64,000 bases of DNA from a virus. The stretch lies in IMG/VR virus record IMGVR_UViG_3300050821_003315. One strand, 5' to 3'. Under the pieces are notes generated by a model, which was not told the origin of the DNA, did no database searches, and was given only the letters and a program-made list of their open reading frames with translations. Position 1 is the stretch's first letter. Each line of letters opens with the position of its first letter. The translations under genes and the position numbers were made by a program. Below, one piece after another: positions 52,211-61,897 of the stretch.

Positions 52211-52687
52211 ATGGATAAGCTCCAGCAAGACCAAGAGCTAGCACGTCGTTCCCTGCGACGGCTGCGCACTGAAAACAAGATGTCACTAGCGGCTGTAGGG
52301 CTGCTGCTAGGCGTGCACAAGAGCCACGTCCTGCGCATGGAAAAGGGCACTCGCGGCACGCCACCGCTAGCAGCTATCGCTAACGCCTTTGAAGTCAGGG
52401 AGTGGGAGGTCAAGGCATCCTGTCACAAGTGCTTTTACCTCCCGCCTGAGGGATTCACGTGCCAGAACTGTGGGTGTGATGAGCCATTGTCACTGACGGA
52501 GAATGTCAAGACAATCAACGTAGTGTTCTCCGCGCCGGGCATTGTCAACAGCACCACTAGCCGTAACCTGCGCATCCCCGCCGACCTAGACGAATACTCA
52601 GAAGCGGGCACGGTGGATTATCTACTGGAGCGTGCTGTACAAGGCGGCTTCCTGGTGGAAGTGTCTGGCTACAAGTACTGTAACTAG
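52211..52687 (+). CDS. XRE-family HTH protein with CxxC-CxxC zinc finger
   Basis: LRRLR...SL..VG.LLGV.KS.V.RMEKG; CHKC...CQNCG. Confidence 0.8.
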   Translation: MDKLQQDQELARRSLRRLRTENKMSLAAVGLLLGVHKSHVLRMEKGTRGTPPLAAIANAFEVREWEVKASCHKCFYLPPEGFTCQNCGCDEPLSLTENVKTINVVFSAPGIVNSTTSRNLRIPADLDEYSEAGTVDYLLERAVQGGFLVEVSGYKYCN

Positions 52688-52694
52688 GAGTAAC

Positions 52695-54071
52695 ATGCCT
52701 GTTGAGCCTTACACCAGCTACGAAGCCTATTGTGACCTTAGCGAAGATGATGACGGCATACAGCTTTGTGACTGGGAGTGGCAGTGCGGACGCTATCAAA
52801 GTGATGCTGACTGTGAGGTAGAGCTGTGCGTGCACATGCTCAAAGAGCATGGTGTAGCGCGCCCACTGTCGCGAGGCTATCAGTACATGCAGGAAGAACT
52901 TACCAAGCGATTGAAGGTCGTAAATGAGTCGGGTTAGTGTAGACAAGAAAGCCCTGACGAGACTGCTAGCTCAGGCGAGGCAAGACTTTATTGACATCAG
53001 CGCTGAGTTCAGTAGTCGGTCTAACGCACCGTCGTGGTACAGGGAATTCGATGGCTGGGTAGCTGAACTGGACATTCAGGAGCTGCCGTGACTGAACGCA
53101 TGTTCCGTGCGCCTGTTATTTCCAGCCTGTGGGACTCGTGCACGAGGCACCTGCAAACTATTAACGTGCGAACAGCAGAAGTCTCCTACGATTACGCGGC
53201 TGACCTGTCCAACAATATCTGGGGCGGCCCAACGGTGTTCATTCATTCCAGTAGCAAGCGTTGGAACCGGGCTGGCGGCCTGGAACATGAGCTGTGGCAG
53301 GTATCGGTCATGGGATTCATCGTAGAAGAGGCTCTGGAAGTAATGCGAGCTGTTGAAGACATGCTAAGTAGTGAGGGTCCTGAAAAGTACGCAAACTATT
53401 ACGGGCATAACTGGCGTTTCCGTGACGGAGAACTAGTACCGGACGAGCTAGCTCGTGTCGGAACGTAAGGCTGACCGCTACCTGCGCCGTAGCGGCACGG
53501 AGAAGCCCTGTCCATGGCCTAGCGCCACGATATACCCCGGTACGCTCAAGGGCGTCACGCAAGCTCTCAAGGACGCACAGATGCTAGCGGTGAACGCCGG
53601 AATAAGCCAGAACGTCTTCGCGTTGTACGGTGACGAGAGGGTCCTGGTCAAGCGCTTTGGGCCTGAGGGGGAAGTAGTGCTAGAAGGGGATTCGCAATGA
53701 CGCTATTCAGTAAGGGCGATGAGGTCATCGTCCGGGAACTGCGCACCAAGATTGACATGCCGGGTTCTACCGGAGCGTGGGTCACCATTCCTGACCCGGA
53801 AGGTTCACCTCGCCAGGCTTTCCTGCCTTATAGCCTAATGGATAAAGTCCGGCCTGAGGTCAAGGTAGGCGATGTGTGGCGCAGCAATCAGGGAACTGAC
53901 TGGTACGTGCGAAAGCTGTGGGCGGCTGCTGACGGTATTGTCATTGAGTCCTTCACGTCTTGTTCAGTTAGCTACAGCTCCATACTACGGGCGGGTTCAG
54001 GACTAGCACGCCCTATAGATAAGTTCTTTGAAGAGCATAAGCCGAAGCTAATGTACCGTACTTCCAGCTAA
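52695..54071 (+). CDS. Hypothetical genes (~52695-52937, 53088-53468, 53455-53700, 53697-54071)
   Basis: Track ORFs, coupled. Confidence 0.6.
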
Positions 54072-54086
54072 CAAGCTGGGCTAAGA

Positions 54087-54278
54087 TTCACAGGGACGCG
54101 GGCGGTCTTCCTCCTTTCGCCGCTTACAATAGCCACTTGCTTCGGGTAGGGAATAGGTGAAGGTTTTCCTCGTTAGTTCCGTGCACCTGTTGCGCTACAG
54201 CAGGGTGAACTGACTGAGTTGAGAATCATTGCCGGCATGTGTGAGGCTCTACGGAAAGTGGATACGCGTCCCTGTGAA
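54087..54278. ncRNA. Candidate ~190-nt rod-shaped small RNA (6S/Ms1-like architecture)
   Basis: Perfect 14-bp terminal inverted repeat TTCACAGGGACGCG/CGCGTCCCTGTGAA; apical stem CCTGTTG-cgcta-CAGCAGG; lies between convergent genes. Confidence 0.55.
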
Positions 54279-54590
54279 CTATTCTTCTGGTTCATCAGGC
54301 TGCTCCAAAGAAAACAGAATCTCGTTAGCTGCAAGCAGCGCCTGGCCAATGTCGTGAGGCATCAGCTTAGCGCTGTAAAGTCCTTCACCTACCTTGACAA
54401 TCATCAGGAAGCACTGAGCATCAGGCCGTTTCTCCAAGTGCAGGAGTACTTGCTTACCGTCCTTGAGGTTGGCCAGAATCTGGTCCCGCTCAGACACCCC
54501 AATGAACGGAAACTTCTCCAAGACTTTTTCTACGTACGGCAGGGTGAACTTAGTTGCACCCCCAGGGTTATCGTCAAGAGTACCGCTCAT
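54279..54590 (-). CDS. Hypothetical protein
   Basis: AGGAG RBS before MSGTLDD within track ORF 54279..54629. Confidence 0.6.
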   Translation of the reverse strand: MSGTLDDNPGGATKFTLPYVEKVLEKFPFIGVSERDQILANLKDGKQVLLHLEKRPDAQCFLMIVKVGEGLYSAKLMPHDIGQALLAANEILFSLEQPDEPEE

Positions 54591-54597
54591 GTCACTC

Positions 54598-54807
54598 CTA
54601 GCTGACCACGAACATAAGGCGGATGTCACCCTTGTCGGTAGTCACGATGTCAGGAAGGGCTTCAATGAAAGCATCTAGTGCCTCGGCTTCAGTAAGTCCT
54701 TCGGAGGCTGCGAGCCTAAGTCCGATATTCTGCGACACCTCAACGGGGTACTCTTCCATAGTGATAGGGTCCGTCGCAGGATTTTGAACCAAGTGCGTTT
54801 CATCCAT
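54598..54807 (-). CDS. Hypothetical protein
   Basis: Track ORF. Confidence 0.55.
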   Translation of the reverse strand: MDETHLVQNPATDPITMEEYPVEVSQNIGLRLAASEGLTEAEALDAFIEALPDIVTTDKGDIRLMFVVS

Positions 54808-54862
54808 GGCGCAAGACTATCACAGGTAATGAACCATTGCGGATGCGGAAGGGTTTAGTGAC

Positions 54863-55174
54863 ATGACTCGTAAGCTAACGGCAGATGACGCCGAGATGAT
54901 TAAGGTGCTAGGCTCTATCGCAAAAGTTAGTGCGCTGGCTAAAGAGTACGATGTTAACCCGGCTACCATCTACAACGTGCTGAACGGCGTCAGCCACAGC
55001 AAGCCCATTAAGGCCCGCAGTGACCGCACTCTTGGTGACGACACCGTACGAGAAATCAAGCGGCTTAATGCACAGGGACTTAGTGACTGGAAGATTTCAA
55101 AGCAGCCTGGAATGCCGTCTCGCAGTACAGTGCGCCAGATTGTGAATGGCGTTACCTACAGGAATATAGTCTGA
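54863..55174 (+). CDS. Tandem HTH DNA-binding protein
   Basis: Two KL....V..IK...LA..Y.V...TI..I.NG-type repeats. Confidence 0.75.
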   Translation: MTRKLTADDAEMIKVLGSIAKVSALAKEYDVNPATIYNVLNGVSHSKPIKARSDRTLGDDTVREIKRLNAQGLSDWKISKQPGMPSRSTVRQIVNGVTYRNIV

Positions 55175-55515
55175 TGGCTAGGATTACTGCGAAGCAGTTC
55201 AAGGCTGCGGACAAGAACTGTAAGTACCGGAAGTACGTCGGCGCTGACCCTTACACCAAGGACGAGATTGAATTCTACGTGGCGCTACGCGACCACCTAG
55301 AGTACGAAATTGAGAACTCTCGTGCAGGCTGGCTAGACAAGCGCTTCCGGTGGCGCATGAGCGAGGAATGGCTGAAGGATGTGCAGCGTGCTCATCCTGA
55401 GCAGGCCGGGATTATCATCGGCAACCTTCGCGGCTACTGGATTGACCTTAGCGATGAGTACGGAATCCCGGAGCTGGTAGAAATTACCACTCCCGAGCAG
55501 GAGCTTGAAGAGTAG
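55174..55515 (+). CDS. Hypothetical protein
   Basis: TGATG coupling. Confidence 0.65.
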   Translation: MARITAKQFKAADKNCKYRKYVGADPYTKDEIEFYVALRDHLEYEIENSRAGWLDKRFRWRMSEEWLKDVQRAHPEQAGIIIGNLRGYWIDLSDEYGIPELVEITTPEQELEE

Positions 55516-55843
55516 GCTTCCCGTAATCAGGAATCGGCAGTCCTGTCAGCTCACGTAGCCTGCGTATGGCCCGCTCAATGGTGTAGCCACCCCTAATTTG
55601 ATTACAGTAAATGTTCTTGCCCGCAGCACGAGAGCACTCACGGCAAGGATTACCAGGCGAACCATGAACGGGACGTAGGTTTGTAACGTCGTGCTTACGA
55701 GCTTCATTTTCAGTCTGTGGCTCAACGTGGTCCAGGTGCTTAGCATCATGATGGCTGCAAAGGTGGCAACGGTCGCCCCAGCGCTCGAATACGAACTTGG
55801 TCATGCGCCTATACACGGAACCAGAGGCGTACTTAGAAGTCAT
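55484..55843 (-). CDS. HNH endonuclease
   Basis: CHLC...LDHV.P...NLRPVH...CN. Confidence 0.8.
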   Translation of the reverse strand: MTSKYASGSVYRRMTKFVFERWGDRCHLCSHHDAKHLDHVEPQTENEARKHDVTNLRPVHGSPGNPCRECSRAAGKNIYCNQIRGGYTIERAIRRLRELTGLPIPDYGKPTLQAPAREW

Positions 55844-56277
55844 TAGTGTCGTCCCGGTGGCAAAATGTGTGGCGTTTCTCTTACCGTTTCAGACTCCTTG
55901 GCACCACCCGCACCGCCGTGTCCCTTACGAGACCTGCGATAATGGTCCAGCCAGCTTGACTTTTCATCTGGCACGGCTGGCTTATCGCTGTCATCCATCT
56001 CGGGTGACTCGTCTTCGCCCTCTTCATGCTCTTGATTGGTTCCACCTGACAACAGGTGACGTAGCGCCCTAAGCTCCTCCTTGACCTCAGTAAGACCACC
56101 AGGTGTGCTGGTGTCTAGCAGGTCTTCCTGACGCGCCTGAGCAGCCTTGACGCCCCGCAGAGGACGTGCGGCTATAGTCCGGGCAGCGCCCAAGCCAATA
56201 GCACTGGCCAGGATGTCCCTGTAGAAACCGTTAAGTTCTAGCCAATGATAAATAGCGAAGTACCATGCGAAGCTCAT
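55843..56277 (-). CDS. Membrane-associated hypothetical protein
   Basis: Hydrophobic N-terminus; coupled to the HNH gene. Confidence 0.6.
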   Translation of the reverse strand: MSFAWYFAIYHWLELNGFYRDILASAIGLGAARTIAARPLRGVKAAQARQEDLLDTSTPGGLTEVKEELRALRHLLSGGTNQEHEEGEDESPEMDDSDKPAVPDEKSSWLDHYRRSRKGHGGAGGAKESETVRETPHILPPGRH

Positions 56278-57676
56278 GTATTAAGTCTATGCTTTTTCTC
56301 ACTTCAATGGGAATTTGTGCAGTGATACATTCACCAGAAGTTGTCCATGTCCAGTTATGCCTAGGACATTCAATAACCCCGTCGCAGATAGTTGCGATGG
56401 ACAAACTCTCACCGGCATGGGGGCAGTACTTAGGCAGAATAAGACCGTCACGAGTAATGGTCTCGCTAGCTCGCTGTGCCCGATGCATAGCACGCGTCTG
56501 AGCCGGCCTGTCTCCAAACGAAAGTAGTCCCATGAGCTTGTAATCGTACTTGTCAGGCTTGCGCTTAAGCTTGATGCGGTTAGAAAGCAGCGCCGTCTCC
56601 CACGTTGCCCGGCCGTCCAGTACAGCACGTAGCACGCGCGGTGGGACGTTCATGAAGTAATGAGGGTCAAAGCTTTCCTCAAGCTCGTCCTCCACTACGC
56701 CTAGCTGGATTTGCCAGTCATCCCGCCCGGAGTAAACGGCTAGGTCGTTACGATAGTCACCCATGAACCTGCTATTTGCACGCTCAAGATTCTTGAAGTG
56801 CGCTGCTAGCTCGTGAGATTCAGCAGGAGCATCGTCTTCCTCAAACCAAGAACGCCACTCGTGGCGACGGTCGTTAAGGTAGTCCGTGAAGAAATAGATA
56901 CCGCCGTGCATAGCTCGATGCAGCTTAATATCAGGACACTGCCGTTCAATTTCCTCTTCTACATCAACAAACTGAGGAAAGATACCGCTGAAGTTATAGT
57001 GTCGCAACTCAGGGTCCAGGAATACAGCTGGCCCAGCCGATGGCAGGTACTGCTTAGCGCCTGTGAGCTTGATGCGACGGCAAAGCCTGTCGATATTGTT
57101 CTTGACGACTTCATCGGCTTTGGCAACTTGCTGGGACTGTGTGTAATCATAGCAGTGAGGGTACCAGAAAGCCCCAGAGTACTGTGCAGCTAGCAGGTCT
57201 ATGCCCTGCGGCCAATCACTTGCAGCTAGCTCACAATCATTGCTATTCAGAAAACGATAATTTGTTACTAGGTCTTCACACAGAAGAGCAGAGTCTTCCT
57301 TGTGGGACTGGTCAATTAGCATGGTGACATCAAGGCTATCGAATAGCCAGTAGCTGTCTCGGTGTGACATTTCCTTGACGTTGGTGAAGCCCAGCTCTTT
57401 GATTTCCTTAGCCAAATAGCGCGAACGAAACCTAGGAACGAGAACTTCGATGCCCTTGTCAGGCATCGTCTTCAAGAACTCACGGTCGAAATGGTCCTCA
57501 TGCGCATGCGAGATGTACAAGGCGTCAGCGGTGCGCGCCGCATTCATGTGGTGCCTGTTATCAGGCCATGGGAACCACGACTTAAGGAACGCAGGGTTAA
57601 ACCACGGGTCGCAGACTAGCTTCTTGTCACCTGACGTGATGATGAAACCGGCGTGGCCGATGTGCTCAACTTCCAC
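56231..57676 (-). CDS. namH: NamH-like UDP-MurNAc hydroxylase (metallo-beta-lactamase fold + C-terminal Rieske)
   Basis: GHAGF, CDPWFNPAF..SWFPWPDN, YISHAHEDHFD, QYSGA.WYP..Y, PSAGP..FL.PELRH; Rieske CPH...CPRH. Matches mycobacterial NamH (Rv3818) as I recall it. Confidence 0.8.
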   Translation of the reverse strand: MEVEHIGHAGFIITSGDKKLVCDPWFNPAFLKSWFPWPDNRHHMNAARTADALYISHAHEDHFDREFLKTMPDKGIEVLVPRFRSRYLAKEIKELGFTNVKEMSHRDSYWLFDSLDVTMLIDQSHKEDSALLCEDLVTNYRFLNSNDCELAASDWPQGIDLLAAQYSGAFWYPHCYDYTQSQQVAKADEVVKNNIDRLCRRIKLTGAKQYLPSAGPAVFLDPELRHYNFSGIFPQFVDVEEEIERQCPDIKLHRAMHGGIYFFTDYLNDRRHEWRSWFEEDDAPAESHELAAHFKNLERANSRFMGDYRNDLAVYSGRDDWQIQLGVVEDELEESFDPHYFMNVPPRVLRAVLDGRATWETALLSNRIKLKRKPDKYDYKLMGLLSFGDRPAQTRAMHRAQRASETITRDGLILPKYCPHAGESLSIATICDGVIECPRHNWTWTTSGECITAQIPIEVRKSIDLIHELRMVLRYLSLART

Positions 57677-59548
57677 GGTTCATATCCTCTAGGATAGGGC
57701 CTAGGTAGAATTCGATATCCTGCATGTGGCAGGGACCTTGCTGTGCGTTCACCCACGCATGCAGCTCATCGGCATCGTCAGTAACGAACTGCTCGTACTT
57801 CTCGTTAGTGGCTAGATAGCGGCCGACTAGCTTAAGCTTGCCATCGTGGTTATATATCATCTGCGCGCTCCGAGAAATGGTAGTCACAGAAGTACACGTA
57901 GTCTTCGCTATTCCAGATTTCACCGGTAAAAGGGTCGCGCTGAAGCGTTCCCGGCTGCCCGCACGGGTAGCTGGTGTTACTGCTGGGCCAGTAAACAGGA
58001 CGCTGGCACATGCCGGGAGTGCCTATTTCAACAGGAGTCCCTATCTCAAAGTGAGCCGTCATCAATTACTCCAGTGGTCACGGCAAACGTGTATCTTCGC
58101 GCTGCACCAGGCTAGTTCGTAATCAGCTTCCTGCTTGCAAGGGCCCCATGTGCCGTCCGGCCGTTGAAGATTGTAATCACAAATGTATACTCGCAACTCG
58201 GTCATTGCTCTTCAAACCCCCAGCACCCGCACTTGAAACAGCTACTCTCGGTATCTACGGTGGAAGACCCATGAGACGAACGCGGATGCCCGCAGGTGCA
58301 CACGTCGTAAGGCTCTGGCGTAAACATCAGGACAACGCGCCCCAAATTAGCAGCCAAATGATGAACAAGTTCAGCACAGTAGTAATAGCTCGTATAGCTG
58401 AGTTATCTTGCTTCACGATACTGATGAGTGTTGACAGCGCACAGATAAGTGCGGCAAAACTAAACAATGCATAACGCAGGTACATGATTACCACCCATCC
58501 GGAGCGTCTGCCCATCCCTCGTCATAACCGAACGCCTCACCTTGGCTGAAAGCTTTCTCGATAAGCGCCTCCAGGAGATAGTAGTCCGTAGCAGCCAGGT
58601 CACTAGCGCCGGTGATACCGTACATTTCCTCGTTTAGCGCTGTGAGCTTGTACAGTCGTTCCCCGTCTCGTACTTGCCGCTCACGTTCAGTCCACTTCAT
58701 GACAGGATTACCTTACCTGTAAGGTCTGTAGCTACCGCGGTCAACGGAGTGCCGTCCTTGAACACGACTTGAGAATCGCTCTCGTCAAGACCGCCCAAGC
58801 CGAGTCCGGTGAGCTGGGTGAGTAGCTGCTGCACAGTCATGACAACGATAACACTCTCGCGGCTTACTGTATTCCCTGGCAATGGTCTGTGAAGTAGTAC
58901 GCCGCCCACGTCGTAGGCTCGAACTGAGCAATGACGTTATCGTCTGCGTCAAGAAAGAACAGAGTGCTGAATCCCTCATCGTTCTTGGAACCGAAGTCAA
59001 GGTCAGCTACCTTACGGAACGTAACCAGCTTGCCGTTACCTAGCAAAACAGTTACGTTCCGAAGCTTCTTCTCTTCTTCTGCCAGCACTACAGGCTTTTG
59101 AGAATGCAGCTTGTCCTTAAGCCTAGCGCGGTGCGCCTCTTCAATATCTGTCTTGGCCTTTTCACGGAATGACTCTAGTCTCTCTGGCGTATAGCCTTCG
59201 AGAGCCATCATCTCTTCCGGCGAGTAAGCACCGGGGACCTGCCCGAAGTTCTCGTTCATGTCCCTAGCCTACCTCATGCGCGGCAGTGAACTAGATGGTG
59301 GTGAGGATGGTGGGGAGCTTGGCCAGCAGGGCGTCTACAACGTCCTTGACAGCCGTCTTAACCAGTGCCTCTACTTCGGGGGTGTCTGCCTTGACGGCAG
59401 CGATAGCAGCGTCCTCCGCTGCCTGAAGGGCAGTGAGAACGGCCACGCGGTCCTTGGCAACGATGTTGGCGACGATTTGCTCGTCGGCCTTGGCGGTCTT
59501 CTCGACTCCGAGGAACAGGGCCTTAAGGCGAAGAATTAGTTCGTTCAT
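57666..59548 (-). CDS. Run of small minus-strand hypothetical genes (57666-~57860, 57850-58065, 58327-~58485, 58488-~58679, ~58676-58841, 58864-59259, 59291-59548)
   Basis: Track ORFs in the same orientation as namH; some starts uncertain. Confidence 0.5.
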
Positions 59549-59738
59549 AGGAATATCGTACCATGGCTCAGCGTTAGTATGGACATGAAGACTGAGTACG
59601 AGCGGCGGCGGGACACTATTGTCTGGGAGCTGTGCAAGAAGTGGCAGAAAACTCAGCACAAGGGAATACCTATTGCACTGATGGACGTGCTAGGTGACGC
59701 TTACGAAATAGGCTACAAAGACGGCGAAAGCGATAAGC

Positions 59739-60092
59739 ATGCCTAAGAAAGAACATGTGTTCTCTGTGACCCTTAAAGACTGTGAGGTCCAAGACTTCTC
59801 TGCCGGAGGTCCCGGTGGGCAACATCAGAACACTAGTAACACAGGCATCAGAATCATCCATCACCCGTCCGGAGCACGTGGCGAGTCGCGAGAAGAGCGC
59901 TCCCAGCTAATGAACAAGCGACGTGCATTCCGACGCATGACAGAGCATGCTTTGTTCAAGCTGTGGGTCAACAGGCAACTGTGGTATCGCGGTCAGTCTC
60001 CCGAGCAGCGCGTAGATAAAGACATGCAGGACAAGAACCTTCGCGTGGAGATAAAGGACGGCAAGCAGTGGAAGGTGGTGGACGATGCCTAA
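59739..60092 (+). CDS. Peptide-chain-release-factor-like protein (GGQ domain only; ArfB/PrfH-like)
   Basis: AGGPGGQHQNT..TG.RI.H.PSG.......RSQ..NK..A. Confidence 0.88.
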   Translation: MPKKEHVFSVTLKDCEVQDFSAGGPGGQHQNTSNTGIRIIHHPSGARGESREERSQLMNKRRAFRRMTEHALFKLWVNRQLWYRGQSPEQRVDKDMQDKNLRVEIKDGKQWKVVDDA

Positions 60093-60547
60093 GAAAAAGG
60101 ACAGCTTTGCGTACATGGAATCGTGGTGGTTCTGGCTACTACCTATGAGGCTTAAAGAAAAGGTCATGGCCCGTCACTATTTTAAGACCGCAGGAAGGAA
60201 GACACTATGAGTGCTAACGTAACCTGGAAAGACCTAACCGTACAATATCCCGAGTTCGTTCAGTGGGTAGTGGCTCGTTTCGGCCCGCTCCCAGACGGCA
60301 AAGTTACTCAAGCAGACTACGAGTGCTTCGCAGAAGCCTACAGGAATCAGTAGGAGACATCAGTGAGTGCTGACTGGGAATCTGAAGATGGACGCTACCG
60401 CGCGTTCGTTAACAAAGGAACTGTCAGGGTTCAGGAATATATTGTCGATGACGGATGGTTTAATGTAGATACGTGGGTACCTGTCGGTGAGTACACACGC
60501 GAGACGCTGGATTTTGCCGACAAGATTCTGAGAGAGCTGGGGCTGTA

Positions 60548-61090
60548 ATGTTCACGACCATACGCCTCCTTGAAATTAAGGATGAAGTCAGAAACTGGTG
60601 TGCCGAGCATGGCTGGGACGACATGGTTGTCCAGGTTCCTGAGGCTATGGCGCTGGTGCACACAGAGATTGTGGAAGCCTGGCAAGCGTACAAGAACGCT
60701 CGCTTCATCCCTTACCAGTCTCCGTCTGGCGGTCCTGACGGATTCGGTATTGAACTGGCTGATGTCTTCATTCGCACTATGGACAATATCGGACGCTACG
60801 AAGTTCCTGTTTCTCACGACCTTGTTCCTTACGTCACCTGGGACATGGGCACACTAGACGAGTACGACATGGTTAGCCGCTGCCTGAATGACATGCATGC
60901 TTGTGCTGCTGCTGTAACAGAGTCCTACAGGATTACTGGTGAACGAGAAGTAGGACGTGGCCTAGGCTTGCTGCTAGGTACGGTAGATGCCTGTGCGCAG
61001 TTGTTCGAGCTTAACCTTGAGCTGGACTACATGCGCAAGATGGAATACAACGCCACTAGGGCCTATCGCAATGGCGGGAAGAGGATATAG
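60548..61090 (+). CDS. MazG-like nucleotide pyrophosphohydrolase
   Basis: ALVHTEIVEA, ELADVFIR, KM.YN.TR.YR.GGK. Confidence 0.8.
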   Translation: MFTTIRLLEIKDEVRNWCAEHGWDDMVVQVPEAMALVHTEIVEAWQAYKNARFIPYQSPSGGPDGFGIELADVFIRTMDNIGRYEVPVSHDLVPYVTWDMGTLDEYDMVSRCLNDMHACAAAVTESYRITGEREVGRGLGLLLGTVDACAQLFELNLELDYMRKMEYNATRAYRNGGKRI

Positions 61091-61216
61091 TGGCTGGAAC
61101 AGGATTTCATCCAGAAGGTCACGTGCCCGTGAAGTACTTTGGTTCGCTACAAGGGGTCATGACCATCTGCACTAACTGCTCAGAAGTTGACCCGGAGAAA
61201 GGAAGCGAGTGCATCG

Positions 61217-61897
61217 ATGACTACTGACGGATACCGCAACAGCTACGAGCTGGCCTCAAAGGCTGACTGGGAAGGAAACTTCACTGAACTTGTCATGAGC
61301 TACGGGCTTGCGCTAAGTGACCTACCTCCTGACCTGCCTGAAGACGTGTACCACGCTGCTTTGCGCTGTATAGATGCTAAAGACGACTTCCAGCTAGTGC
61401 AGGACTACCTAACTAACGCCCTTGACCACTGCCCTTACCCGGACAGCGAAGATTAATGCCTAGCGATATCGAGAACCCGCCTATCAAATCAGCGCGGGAC
61501 GTTAGGCTAGCGTGGCGACTAATTAATAGTCAGATGTATCACGGAGCGCTCCAAGACAAGCTTGGAGACGACTGCTGGGAAGCTCTAGAGCGCGTCCGCG
61601 ATATGGTTGAGTATGCAGCTATCGAATTTGGTATCGACTTGCATGGTGTCATGAATGGTTAAGCTAAATAGCAGCGATAAGCGCTGCATGGAACGGCTGT
61701 ACGCTATGGTTGCCGGGAATAGGGGGCGCATAGTATGGCGTGAGGAACACGAAACTGTAACGGCCGAAGTCTACCTAGATGACACTAAGCTAGCTATCTT
61801 TGAGCACACTAATAACGTTACTGCCTGTACCTTCCCTTCGCAGGAAAGCACAGGCAGTAAACGACGCATAATTCTTTGGGACGAAAGCTACAACTAG
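61217..61897 (+). CDS. Three small hypothetical genes (61217-61456, 61456-61662, 61655-61897)
   Basis: Coupled track ORFs. Confidence 0.6.

Noticed and set aside
4096-53562. Long minus-strand track ORFs (e.g. 23246..23953, 26949..27674, 33499..34188, 35359..35997)
   Set aside because: They are antisense shadows of well-supported + strand genes, with no RBS or motifs.
45709-59690. Further GGAAT sites (45709, 54150, 59663) as SigR promoters
   Set aside because: GTT is not at the 18-nt spacing; 54150 has 17 nt.
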